Below are positions 48,043 through 57,642 of a stretch of 64,000 nt of DNA, in pieces. Source of the DNA: an uncultured Collinsella sp. (GTDB lineage Bacteria > Actinomycetota > Coriobacteriia > Coriobacteriales > Coriobacteriaceae). Positions within the stretch are counted from its first letter, which is position 1. Every line of letters starts with the position of its first letter. The notes beneath the pieces were generated by a model that searched no databases, was not told the origin of the DNA, and saw only the letters and a program-made list of their open reading frames with translations. Both the position numbers and the translations under genes were made by a program. The stretch spans positions 29,527 to 93,526 of the forward strand of contig CABRHS010000007.1 in the NCBI GenBank assembly GCA_902470815.1, in the 5' to 3' direction.

Positions 48043-48752
48043 GCCTTGGCTCCGACCTGATCAAGCTGCAGCAGACCGACCTCGACCTCGATCGCGAGCG
48101 CAAGACACTCAAGAACCTACCCGTCATCGCGGAGCTCGCCAAGAAGCGCGCCTCGTACGCCCGCCTCAAGTCCGAGGCCACGCGCCTGCTCGCGGCGCGC
48201 AAGGATGCGCAGATCGCCGTCGATGACCTTGACGAGGCCGAGCGCTCTTGTCGCGAGGCGGCCGCCGCCGCGAAAGCGCGCCCGCTCGACGCCACGGATT
48301 ACCGCGCGGTGCACGATCTCGAGGTTGAGCTCTCCCTCCTCGCGAAGAAAATCGACAAGATCGAGTACGACCGTCCCTCGGCGCTCGAGGCCCTCGAGAC
48401 GGCTTGTGAACGTGAGCAGAAGCTCTCCGGCTACATCAAGCGCTTCGAGGAGGGCATCGTGGCCGACACGAAGGCCGCACGCGCTCAGGCCGCCGAGCTC
48501 CAGGCGTCCATCGACGAGTTGACCCTTCGACGCGAGCACCTGCTGGGCCGTCTGCCCGAGGATGTCCGAGCCACGTATGAGCGCGGCCTCGAGAGGTTCA
48601 AGGGGCTGGTCGTCGAGCGCATCGAGGGCAATGTTCCCACCATTTGCCGAACCGCCCTCCAGCCCGCCTCCATGGACGCCCTGCGCCATGCCGGCGATAT
48701 CGCCGAGTGCCCCTACTGCCATCGAATCATCGTCGTCAACGACCAGGAGTAG
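48039..48752 (+). CDS. Coiled-coil protein with C4-type zinc ribbon
   Basis: LIKLQQTD N-terminus, long coiled coil, CPYCHRI; Nif3 synteny. Confidence 0.85.
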   Translation: MSLGSDLIKLQQTDLDLDRERKTLKNLPVIAELAKKRASYARLKSEATRLLAARKDAQIAVDDLDEAERSCREAAAAAKARPLDATDYRAVHDLEVELSLLAKKIDKIEYDRPSALEALETACEREQKLSGYIKRFEEGIVADTKAARAQAAELQASIDELTLRREHLLGRLPEDVRATYERGLERFKGLVVERIEGNVPTICRTALQPASMDALRHAGDIAECPYCHRIIVVNDQE

Positions 48753-48755
48753 CGC

Positions 48756-49949
48756 ATGCCAAAGACCCTCCTGCTGTGCATCACGGGGTGCATCGCCGCA
48801 TATAAATCGTGCGAGATCACTCGTCAGCTGCAAAAGGCGGGAATCCGCGTGAAGGTCTGCATGACCGAGCACGCCACCGCCTTCGTCGGGCCCACCACGT
48901 TCAGGGCCCTCACACATGAGGAGGTGGCAGTCGGCCTGTTCGACGATCCCGCCGACCCCATCCACCACATCTCCCTCGCAAAGGAGCCCGATGCGGTCCT
49001 GATCGCGCCCGCCACCGCCAACGTCCTCGCCAAGATCGCGCACGGCGTCGCGGACGACCTGCTCACCACCACCGTGCTCGCCACTGATGCCCCCGTGGTG
49101 ATCGCCCCTGCCATGAACGTGGGGATGTGGCAGGCCGATGCCACGTGCCGCAACATACGGGAGCTCGAGGACCGCGGGTACGATATCGTGCGCCCTGCAA
49201 CGGGGTATCTTGCGTGCGGCGACACGGGGGAGGGCAAGCTCGCCGATGTCGATGACATCGTCGCCCGAGCCCTGCTCGCCCTCGAGATGTCCGATTCGCT
49301 CGCCGGTGAGCGCGTGATCGTCACGGCGGGCGGCACGCGCGAGGCGATCGATCCGGTTCGCTACATAGGCAACCGCTCTACGGGAAAGATGGGTCACGCC
49401 ATCGCGCGAGCGGCCCGCGCGATGGGCGCCGAGGTGACGTTGGTGACGGCGTCAACGTCTCTTTCCGTGCCATACGGCGTGACGGGCGTGCGCGTCGAGA
49501 GCGCGGCGCAGATGCACGCCGCCGTGAGCGAGCGCTTCGATGACTGCACCATGCTCGTGTGCGCCGCCGCGGTGGCCGATTACACCCCCGCGCACCCTGC
49601 GACGGAAAAGCTCAGCAAGGCCGACGTCGTCCTCTCTTCCGTGGAGCTCGTGAAGACGCGGGACATCCTCGCCGACATGTCCGCGAGAAAGGGCGACCGC
49701 ATCGTCATCGGTTTCGCCGCCGAGACGAACGGCCTCGCCGATCGCGCGCAGGCAAAACTGGGGCGCAAGGGCTGCGATGCCATCGTGGCAAACGACGTCT
49801 CCCGCGATGACTCCACGTTCGGATCTGACACCGATTCGGTGCTATGGGTCACTGGCGAAAGCGTGGAGCAGTTGCCTTGCATGGGTAAACAGTCTTTGGC
49901 GTTCGACCTGCTCAAGAGGGCTGTGTCTCTAAAAAGTCAGGAATCTTGA
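48756..49949 (+). CDS. coaBC: Bifunctional phosphopantothenoylcysteine synthetase/decarboxylase
   Basis: [36 protein letters not shown]. Confidence 0.96.
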   Translation: MPKTLLLCITGCIAAYKSCEITRQLQKAGIRVKVCMTEHATAFVGPTTFRALTHEEVAVGLFDDPADPIHHISLAKEPDAVLIAPATANVLAKIAHGVADDLLTTTVLATDAPVVIAPAMNVGMWQADATCRNIRELEDRGYDIVRPATGYLACGDTGEGKLADVDDIVARALLALEMSDSLAGERVIVTAGGTREAIDPVRYIGNRSTGKMGHAIARAARAMGAEVTLVTASTSLSVPYGVTGVRVESAAQMHAAVSERFDDCTMLVCAAAVADYTPAHPATEKLSKADVVLSSVELVKTRDILADMSARKGDRIVIGFAAETNGLADRAQAKLGRKGCDAIVANDVSRDDSTFGSDTDSVLWVTGESVEQLPCMGKQSLAFDLLKRAVSLKSQES

Positions 49950-49999
49950 AAATAATCCTTGCATCCGTCGCAGGCTTTGGGTAAAGTACTTCCTTGCTT

Positions 50000-50076
50000 C
50001 GGGACGTAGCGCAGCTTGGTAGCGCACTTGCATGGGGCGCAAGGGGTCGCTGGTTCAAATCCAGTCGTCCCGACCA
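50000..50076 (+). tRNA. tRNA-Pro(GGG)
   Basis: Cloverleaf, anticodon GGG, CCA; TTGCAT-17 bp-TAAAGT promoter upstream; terminator at about 50087-50112. Confidence 0.96.
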
Positions 50077-50188
50077 TGGAGCATGAGAGGGCGGCTTTTA
50101 GCCGCCCTTTTCTTTTAGCCTAGATGGCTTAGGCCCGCGCAAAGCGGGTATCATCCTTCCAGTGTTTTCATCGTGTAGGGAGTCGCGC

Positions 50189-50932
50189 GTGGCAGCCGGA
50201 ACCATCAGGAAAAAGATCAAGAAGGAGCTCATCGGCACATCCGATTACCCCTCCAATAAGATCTTCACCATCTCCAACTTCATCACCTTCGCGCGCCTGA
50301 TCCTCACCGGCGTCTTCCTGTACCTGTTCGTGACGGACTACAACCGTTACGTCGCCCTCGTCATATACGCCATCGCGGCGTCTACGGACTGGCTTGACGG
50401 CCAGATCGCGCGCATGACCAAGACGGTGAGCTGGCTGGGCAAGATGCTAGACCCGGTCGTCGACCGCGCCCTGCTGTTCTGCGGCGTGGTGGGCCTGGTT
50501 GCCCGCGACGAGCTCCCCTTGTGGATCTGCCTGGCCATCGTCGGCAGGGACATCTACCTGTTCCTCGGCAACTTCGTCGTCAAGCGTTATCATCGTCGAC
50601 CCATTGACGTCGTCTTCATCGGCAAGCTCGCCACGGCGCTGCTCATGAGCGGCTTCACGCTCATGCTTCTCGGTCTTCCCGTCCTTGACGGCCTGGGGCT
50701 GGTGCCCGATTCTGTCACCTGGCTCCCCGGTCTCAACGGAACCGCCGTTCCCCTGGGCATCTACTTCGTCTACGCCGGGGTGTGCTGCTCGCTTATGACG
50801 GCGGCGGTGTACACGTACAAGGGGCTTACCGCTATCGCGAACGCCATCGCGCATCCCGAGGAAGAGGATGATGACTTCCTCAACCCGGAGATCGAGGATG
50901 GCGATGAATCTCCCGAGGGGGAGCTCGCGTAA
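50189..50932 (+). CDS. CDP-alcohol phosphatidyltransferase (PgsA-like)
   Basis: TDWLDGQIAR...GKMLDPVVD signature. Confidence 0.9.
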   Translation: MAAGTIRKKIKKELIGTSDYPSNKIFTISNFITFARLILTGVFLYLFVTDYNRYVALVIYAIAASTDWLDGQIARMTKTVSWLGKMLDPVVDRALLFCGVVGLVARDELPLWICLAIVGRDIYLFLGNFVVKRYHRRPIDVVFIGKLATALLMSGFTLMLLGLPVLDGLGLVPDSVTWLPGLNGTAVPLGIYFVYAGVCCSLMTAAVYTYKGLTAIANAIAHPEEEDDDFLNPEIEDGDESPEGELA

Positions 50933-51020
50933 TCTCGATGTGGGTTCGCGGCTTGCGGTAGAATGAATGTTTGAGTGATCTTATCCGGGTAAATACCCGG
51001 TATCCTAGTAGGGGGTTCCC

Positions 51021-51431
51021 ATGGCCAACTTCGAGCAGAATGAGACGACGCGCGTCTTTCGGATGCCGAGCAGCGATGCGACGGCGCCCGATCTTATGAA
51101 GTGCGCCCCACTCGTCGTCCCGGTCCTCTCCATCATCAAGGGGCCCCAGACGGGCAATGTCTTCGAGCTCGATGCTCCGGAGATCACCATCGGCCGCGAC
51201 CCCGCCAACACCATCTTCCTCAACGATATGACCGTCTCTCGCAGTCACGCGAAGATTCTCCGCAATGAGGCAGGCGTCCTCATCGAGGACCTCGGTTCCC
51301 TCAACGGCACGTGGGTCGACGGTGCGATCGTCAACTCAGCCCCCCTGCACGACGGCTCTTCCGTGCAGATCGGCACCTTCACGCTGATGTACCACGAGAG
51401 CACCGTGGAGCGCATCGAAACCGGTGAGTAG
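51021..51431 (+). CDS. FHA domain protein, GarA/OdhI-like
   Basis: ETTRVF N-terminal motif, IGR, VSRSHA, DLGSLNGT. Confidence 0.88.
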   Translation: MANFEQNETTRVFRMPSSDATAPDLMKCAPLVVPVLSIIKGPQTGNVFELDAPEITIGRDPANTIFLNDMTVSRSHAKILRNEAGVLIEDLGSLNGTWVDGAIVNSAPLHDGSSVQIGTFTLMYHESTVERIETGE

Positions 51432-52317
51432 CTTGGCTGAGCGCAGCTACCTCAGCATCGGGCAGGTCGTCAACCTGTTGCGCGGAACCTACCCGGACCT
51501 CTCGAACTCAAAGATCCGCTTTCTTGAGGACGAGGGGCTGATCACACCCCACCGCACCCCCAAAGGGTATCGGCAGTACTCCAAGGCCGACGTGGACAGG
51601 CTCGAAGTCATCCTGCATCTCCAGAAGACTCGGTACATGCCCTTGTCGGCCATCAAGCAGAAGCTCGACAGCGCGTCGGATCTCTCCACGCTGGCGTTCG
51701 AGGTCGGGCTGCTGGCCGATGCGCCGATGAAGGTCGCGTCTAAGGAGACCCGCCAGAAGCTCCACCTCATCGAGGACGTCCCCGATATCCTCGGCGTCGA
51801 CATCGCGTTCCTGCGGCAGCTGGCCGACAACGATCTGATTCGAATCGTCCGCAGCCCGCAGAACCGCGAGCTCATCGATGGCCGCGATTTCGAGATAATC
51901 CGTCACTGCGCCGAACTCTCGCGCTTCCATATCGAGCCGCGCAATCTTCGCCAGTACGTCAATGCCGCCAACCGCGAGTCTGCCCTGTTCGAGCAGGTTC
52001 TCATAGGCATGCTCGGCACGGATGATTCCGACGACGATCGAGAGGCGAAGCTCGAGCGCGCGTTCAAGACCCTTCACGACCTCACCGACGGGGTGCGGAC
52101 GGCGCTCCTGCGCAACCGCGTCTTCGAATCGCTCAACGCCGTGGTCGAGGATGCCGACGTCGATGCCATCGACGACGAGATCACGCGCGCCCAGCAGGCG
52201 GCCCAGGCGAACCCCGCCTCATACGCCACCGCATCCACCACCTCAGGCATCTCTCCGCTCGATGCGAGCGAGCTTGCAGCCCAGCCCATTCGCGTCCGTC
52301 CCGTGGACGCCGAGTAG
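51424..52317 (+). CDS. MerR-family regulator (actinobacterial FHA-linked type)
   Basis: LSIGQV, SKIRFLEDEGLITPHRTPKGYR. Confidence 0.88.
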   Translation: MSSLAERSYLSIGQVVNLLRGTYPDLSNSKIRFLEDEGLITPHRTPKGYRQYSKADVDRLEVILHLQKTRYMPLSAIKQKLDSASDLSTLAFEVGLLADAPMKVASKETRQKLHLIEDVPDILGVDIAFLRQLADNDLIRIVRSPQNRELIDGRDFEIIRHCAELSRFHIEPRNLRQYVNAANRESALFEQVLIGMLGTDDSDDDREAKLERAFKTLHDLTDGVRTALLRNRVFESLNAVVEDADVDAIDDEITRAQQAAQANPASYATASTTSGISPLDASELAAQPIRVRPVDAE

Positions 52318-52329
52318 AAAGTCCCGAAC

Positions 52330-52863
52330 ATGGCATCCTACGATTACGAGTCGCACATCATCGATATCCCGGATTATCCCGAGCCCGGTGTTGTCTTCAA
52401 GGACATCACGCCCCTGTTCGCCGACGCCGACGCCATGCGCCATACCGTCAAGGACATCGCCGATCACTTCCGCGATGCCGGCGTCACCAAGGTCGTCGGC
52501 CCCGAGGCGCGCGGCTTCATGATCGGCGTGCCGGTGGCCATGGAACTCGGCGCCGGCTTCATTCCCGCTCGCAAGCCCGGAAAGCTTCCTCGCGAGACGT
52601 ATTCTGTGAGCTACGAGCTTGAGTACGGCACTGATACCCTTGAGATCCACAAGGACGCCATCGAGCCCGGTGATCGCGTCCTCATCGTCGATGACCTGAT
52701 CGCCACCGGCGGCACCGCCGCGGCCACCGGAAAACTTGTACAAGATGTGGCGGGGGAACTTGTAGGGTATGCTTGTATCCTGGAGCTGACCTTCCTCAAC
52801 CCTCGCGAGGCTCTCGCCACCGCGGGTGACCAGGAACTGTACAGCCTCATCAAGGTTTCGTAA
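52330..52863 (+). CDS. apt: Adenine phosphoribosyltransferase
   Basis: FKDITP, ARKPGKLP, VDDLIATGGT. Confidence 0.96.
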   Translation: MASYDYESHIIDIPDYPEPGVVFKDITPLFADADAMRHTVKDIADHFRDAGVTKVVGPEARGFMIGVPVAMELGAGFIPARKPGKLPRETYSVSYELEYGTDTLEIHKDAIEPGDRVLIVDDLIATGGTAAATGKLVQDVAGELVGYACILELTFLNPREALATAGDQELYSLIKVS

Positions 52864-52898
52864 CGAGCGCGCCTTAGCGTGCATCGAGGAGTTTACAT

Positions 52899-53975
52899 AT
52901 GACGCACAATAAACGCTGCTTTAACGTTCGCCGTGCGATTGTCGCCGGTCTTTCCGGTTTGGTCCTTGTCTCCGGCCTTCCCACCTTTGCTTTCGCCGAC
53001 ACCGAATCCGATCTCGCGGCGGCTCGCACCCAGCTTGAGCAGATCGGGCGCCAGTCTGAGCAGATCACCGCCCAGCTGTCCGACCTGACATGCGACCTGG
53101 AGCAAACCCGCAGCGAGATCGATCAAAAGAACGCCGAGATCGCGGAGCGCCAGGAGCTGCTGTCCACCTTCGTCTCCTCCGAGTACAAAGGCGGGCTCGC
53201 CGGCCTGCTCGACATCGTCATGTCCTCCCAGTCGTTCGATCAGCTCGTCTCGAGCGTCACGTATATGAATAAGGTCGCCAACACGCAGGCCACCACCATC
53301 TCCGAGGTCAAGGTTCTCAAGAAGGAACTTGATTCCAAGCAGGAGGAGCAGCAGAAGAACATCGAGGCCACGCAGGCCAAGGTCGATGAGCTCAACCAGC
53401 AGCGCGCCAACGCCGCCGCCGTTGTCGATTCTCTCGATGCCAAGCTGCAGGAGGAACTCGCCGCGGAAGCTGCCGCAAACGCCGCTCTTCAGCAGGGCCT
53501 GAATGCCAGCCAAGGCAATCAGATCGGAAATGTTCAGAATCCGGATGCCCCCCAGCAGCCCGAGACGGGGGATAACGGGTCCACTCCCGCTCCTGCCCCC
53601 CAGCCTGCTCCGCAGCCTCAGCCGGCCCCCAAGCCCGAACCCAACTATGATGTGAATACGGGCAACGCGATTGTCGATCGCGCTTACAGCTGGGTTGGTC
53701 GCGCCGAATACGTTTGGGGTGCGTGCTCCCCGGGTGCATTCGACTGCTCTGGTTTTGTGAGCTATTGTCTGACCGGCCGGTACAGCCGACTTGGAACCAC
53801 CTATACGTTCCTCGACTGGCCCCGTGTGAGTGATCCTCAGCCCGGCGACGTCGCGGTCAACAGTGGCCACTGCGGTATCTACATCGGCGGTGGCCAGATG
53901 ATCCACGCTGCGACGTATGGCGTGGGCGTCATCGTTGGACCTGTCCAGTCTGGCATGGTCTTCGTGCGTTACTAA
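52899..53975 (+). CDS. Secreted coiled-coil + NlpC/P60 peptidoglycan endopeptidase
   Basis: Signal peptide AFA, PcsB-like coiled coil, Pro/Gln linker, YVWG...FDCSG...HCGIY. Confidence 0.92.
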   Translation: MTHNKRCFNVRRAIVAGLSGLVLVSGLPTFAFADTESDLAAARTQLEQIGRQSEQITAQLSDLTCDLEQTRSEIDQKNAEIAERQELLSTFVSSEYKGGLAGLLDIVMSSQSFDQLVSSVTYMNKVANTQATTISEVKVLKKELDSKQEEQQKNIEATQAKVDELNQQRANAAAVVDSLDAKLQEELAAEAAANAALQQGLNASQGNQIGNVQNPDAPQQPETGDNGSTPAPAPQPAPQPQPAPKPEPNYDVNTGNAIVDRAYSWVGRAEYVWGACSPGAFDCSGFVSYCLTGRYSRLGTTYTFLDWPRVSDPQPGDVAVNSGHCGIYIGGGQMIHAATYGVGVIVGPVQSGMVFVRY

Positions 53976-54120
53976 GTATTGCCAAACAGGCGGGGGTCAA
54001 TCTCCCGCCTGTTTTATCTTACATATCGATAGATATGTCTCTAAAGTGCACGCCTGACTCTTAGGAGGGGTCCAAAGGTATATACTCGGGTAGCCAATTC
54101 TTTCGCGAAAGGACCGAGGT

Positions 54121-55005
54121 ATGACATGGGCACTCATCGCGGATTCTAGCTGCAATCTACGTGGCTACACGCCTACCGCTCCAGACTGCATATATGCTCT
54201 CGCACCGCTCAAGATTGAGGTTGGGGGAGAGGAGTTCGTTGACGATGAGCTTCTGGACGTCACTTCCCTTAACAAACGCGTATCTGAGGAGCCCGGGGCA
54301 TCTGGGAGCGCGTGTCCGAGCGCAGGGGAGTGGGCTGAACTTTTCAAGCGCGCTGACAACGTGATCGCAGTTACGATCTCGTCCAATCTATCCGGCAGTT
54401 ACGAAGCGGCTCAGATGGGCCGCAACCTTGTCATGGATGAGTATGCTCGCGAGCACGATGGTCGCATCGTGGGCAAGAACATACACGTTTTGGATTCCAA
54501 GGGTGCAGGGGGCAAACTCGAGATCATCATCCGTCTTTTAGATAGGTACCTAACTGAGAATCCGAATGTCTCCTTTTCTGAGATGACAGAGCTTGCCGAG
54601 CGTATTTGCTCGCACTCCCAAGTCCAATATTCCCTGAGCAGCTTTGACAACCTTGTCAAGAACGGCAGGATGCCAAAGGTCGTGGGTGCGCTGGCGAGCG
54701 GGCTTTCCATTCGAATGCTCGGGACCGCAAGCTCGCAGGGAACCATACAGGTCATCGCGCCCACGCGCGGAGATAAGAAAACGTTCCGTAAAATCGTCGA
54801 TGTCATGTATGGAGATGGGTATCGTGGCGGCATGGTGTACATCGACCATGTCGACAATCTCGATGGCGCCCACGCGCTCAAAGATGCCATACTGGCAAAC
54901 TGGCCTGAAGCTGAGGTTAGCATCCTGCCTTGTGGCGGACTCTGCTCGTATTATGCCGAGAGTACTGGCCTTATCGTCGGATACGAATGGAGTTCGCGTC
55001 GCTGA
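54121..55005 (+). CDS. DegV family fatty-acid-binding protein
   Basis: IADSSC, SACPS, ISSNLSGSY, NLVKNGR. Confidence 0.88.
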   Translation: MTWALIADSSCNLRGYTPTAPDCIYALAPLKIEVGGEEFVDDELLDVTSLNKRVSEEPGASGSACPSAGEWAELFKRADNVIAVTISSNLSGSYEAAQMGRNLVMDEYAREHDGRIVGKNIHVLDSKGAGGKLEIIIRLLDRYLTENPNVSFSEMTELAERICSHSQVQYSLSSFDNLVKNGRMPKVVGALASGLSIRMLGTASSQGTIQVIAPTRGDKKTFRKIVDVMYGDGYRGGMVYIDHVDNLDGAHALKDAILANWPEAEVSILPCGGLCSYYAESTGLIVGYEWSSRR

Positions 55006-55144
55006 GTAGCCTGCCTCGCGGCAATGCTGATTTTCCAGTCGAGATCGATGGTCTCCAACTTACATCAACGGTGCCCCCGGATAATGAGTCGGGGGCACCA
55101 TCCGAAGGTCTATCGAGCTGAAAGGCAAAATCGGCATTGTTACT

Positions 55145-55172
55145 ACTTTACATAATATATATTATCACGAAT
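55145..55172 (-). other. Putative chromosomal dif site (XerC/XerD)
   Basis: Minus strand ATTCGTGATAA-TATATA-TTATGTAAAGT; 11-6-11 layout; intergenic between convergent genes. Confidence 0.85.
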
Positions 55173-55216
55173 ATGTAGGTGAGTTGAATTTGACATGGAG
55201 TGCCATGGTTCTCTGG

Positions 55217-56167
55217 TCACGCGTGACTGGATGCATTTCGCATCTCCAGATAATGATATGCGGATGTTGCGGCTATGGCGCCATCCGATGCCGCAGTGAT
55301 GACCTGCCGAAGGGATTTCGAACGCATATCGCCGGCGCAAAACAATCCCGGAGTCCTGGTGGCCATGGCCTCATCGGTCACCACGCCGCCATCGGGACCC
55401 AAATCGACATACGGATCAACTAGAGTGACTGACGGGTCGTGGCCGACAGCGACGAATATGCCAACCGATCCCTCGTCAAATGTCTCGACATGCTTGGACC
55501 CCGTTGCATTGTCCCTGAACTCGATCTGGCCGATGAACGTCCTTCCGCTAACGGCGGTAATACTAGTTTGGTACCTCACTGTAATGTTATCTTTCTTTGC
55601 GAGGCGTTCGACCATCCCGCGAGATGCCCTGAATGCATCCCTTCGCACGATGACCTCGACGCTCTCGGCGATATTCGCGAGATACAGGGCCTCCTCAACG
55701 GCCGAGTTCCCCCCACCGATTATGAAGACGCGCTTGCCTTTGTAGAACATTCCATCGCATGTCGCGCAATACGAGACGCCTCTTCCTCGGAACGCATCCT
55801 CACCGTCGAATCCGCCGAGACGCGGCGTGGCTCCCGTGGCGACGATGACGGACGGTGCCGAATACGTTGCCATATCTGTCTTGACAATAAACTCGCCAAT
55901 CTCATTGAATTCGATTGACGAGACCGAGCCGTACTCCGATTGTGCACCGGCCTGCTCTGCGTGGGCCTGCATCTTCTGTCCCAATTCCGCACCCGAGCAA
56001 TTGGGGATTCCCGGATAGTTGTCTATCATGTCCGACGTGGCGATCTGTCCACCCGGCATTCCGTGCTCGAGCACGAGAACGTCGAGACTGGCACGGGCGG
56101 CGTACAGACCCGCTGAGTAACCTGCGGGTCCGCCACCGATCACGATGAGGTCGTGCGTTGCTTCCAT
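55217..56167 (-). CDS. trxB: Thioredoxin reductase
   Basis: GGGPAG, VSYCATCDG, GGGNSAVEEA. Confidence 0.93.
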   Translation of the reverse strand: MEATHDLIVIGGGPAGYSAGLYAARASLDVLVLEHGMPGGQIATSDMIDNYPGIPNCSGAELGQKMQAHAEQAGAQSEYGSVSSIEFNEIGEFIVKTDMATYSAPSVIVATGATPRLGGFDGEDAFRGRGVSYCATCDGMFYKGKRVFIIGGGNSAVEEALYLANIAESVEVIVRRDAFRASRGMVERLAKKDNITVRYQTSITAVSGRTFIGQIEFRDNATGSKHVETFDEGSVGIFVAVGHDPSVTLVDPYVDLGPDGGVVTDEAMATRTPGLFCAGDMRSKSLRQVITAASDGAIAATSAYHYLEMRNASSHA

Positions 56168-56278
56168 GGTTCTTCCATTCCTTTCGGTACGTCATTTCTC
56201 TGCTCTTACCCCATTCGCCAAACCTCTTGCACGCGTGGTCGTACAATGCTGATAACACCTGATCACGGAGAGTTCGAT

Positions 56279-57577
56279 ATGACGTCTGATTCCCATAACG
56301 ATACAGTTCGCGACGAGGGGTCTATCGCTTGCGCCGACGCGCATTCTGGGGCTGATTCGCGCCGTCCCGTCATCACCATCATGCATGCATCTGTCGGATC
56401 GGGCCATCGTGCCGCCGCCAATGCGATTGCTCAGGCGGTGGAGCTGCTACGGGGCACACACGGTGTTCCGGCTGATGTAAAGGTCGATGTCCTCGACGTT
56501 CTCGACTTTGGCAGGATCAGATTCGACGGCAACAAGACCGCTGCCGCGTTCACCGGCGCAACGCGGCCGATCTACGACGTGGCTTGGAGATTCACGCTTA
56601 CCGGCCGTTTTCTGTGGGGCGGCGGATCGGCATGGTCAAAGCTCATGTTCAGGTCATTCAACGATTACGTGGTCGCCAATCGCCCCCTAGCCGTCATCTG
56701 CACGCACATCACCGCTGCAAACACGGCCGTCGGGGCGCGCATGATAACGGGAGTCGACTTCCCGCTCGTATGCGTTCCCACGGATTACGAAATCGAGGGC
56801 TGGTGGCCCCATAAGGAGACGGACCTGTTTTGCGTCGCGACGGAATTCATGGCGGAGACGCTCAGGCCCCGCAGGGTTCCCGAGCGGTGCATCGAGGTCA
56901 CCGGCATCCCCATTCGCCCTGGATTTGGCGAGCATCGAGATTGCGAGGCGGATCGCGATGCGTTCGGCCTACCGCGCGACAAGACACTCGTTCTTGTTAT
57001 GGCCGGTGCGGCGCTCCCTCAACCATATGTGCGATTCCGCGCGGCGATGGAAGAGACGCTCCCCTACCTGCGCAGCTTCGAGGACATGCATTTCGTGTTC
57101 CTCCCAGGCAAAGACGCCGGTTACGCGGCGCATCTCAAAGCTGTGTTTGAGGGCATGAAACTGCCCAATGCAACCGTTTTGGATTACGTTGACGATATGG
57201 CCGCTCTTATGCACGCCTGCGATCTCGCGATTCTCAAATCAGGTGGATTGACCGTCACGGAATGTCTCTGCGCCGAGTTGCCGATGATCTTGCTGGGCAA
57301 ATCTTACGGCCAGGAGAAATCGAATACCGCCATGCTCACGTCATTCGGCGCGACCCTCCATGCCACAACGTCGCGGGAGCTCATCATGCAACTGCGTCAT
57401 CTCCATGACAACTCGGAGGCGCTCCATGGCCTTTTGGTCAATGCGAATGCCCTTCGCAGGCCCGATGCGGCAAAGGATATCGTGCGCAAAACCATGAGGC
57501 TCGTCGGAGTGCCCTGCGAGCGCGAGCGCCATTTCGCCGAGTTCTATTGGGGAGGCAGGCCCGCTCACATACGTTGA
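56279..57577 (+). CDS. GT28/MGDG-synthase-like glycosyltransferase
   Basis: SVGSGHRAAA, TGIPIR, KSGGLTVTE, GQEKSN. Confidence 0.85.
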   Translation: MTSDSHNDTVRDEGSIACADAHSGADSRRPVITIMHASVGSGHRAAANAIAQAVELLRGTHGVPADVKVDVLDVLDFGRIRFDGNKTAAAFTGATRPIYDVAWRFTLTGRFLWGGGSAWSKLMFRSFNDYVVANRPLAVICTHITAANTAVGARMITGVDFPLVCVPTDYEIEGWWPHKETDLFCVATEFMAETLRPRRVPERCIEVTGIPIRPGFGEHRDCEADRDAFGLPRDKTLVLVMAGAALPQPYVRFRAAMEETLPYLRSFEDMHFVFLPGKDAGYAAHLKAVFEGMKLPNATVLDYVDDMAALMHACDLAILKSGGLTVTECLCAELPMILLGKSYGQEKSNTAMLTSFGATLHATTSRELIMQLRHLHDNSEALHGLLVNANALRRPDAAKDIVRKTMRLVGVPCERERHFAEFYWGGRPAHIR

Positions 57578-57587
57578 CGCCTAGCTA

Positions 57588-57624
57588 AAAAAGGCCTCGC
57601 GGACATATGCCGCGAGGCCTTTTT
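57588..57624. terminator. Bidirectional terminator
   Basis: AAAAAGGCCTCGCGG...CCGCGAGGCCTTTTT between convergent genes. Confidence 0.85.
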
Positions 57625-57642
57625 CATCATCGCCATGAATGT

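Noticed and set aside
53585..53642. Short tandem repeats in the NlpC/P60 gene
   Set aside because: Ordinary Pro/Gln/Ala linker coding sequence
1..55144. KOPS (GGGNAGGG) polarity towards dif
   Set aside because: Spot checks found the octamer in both orientations; no bias can be claimed without counting
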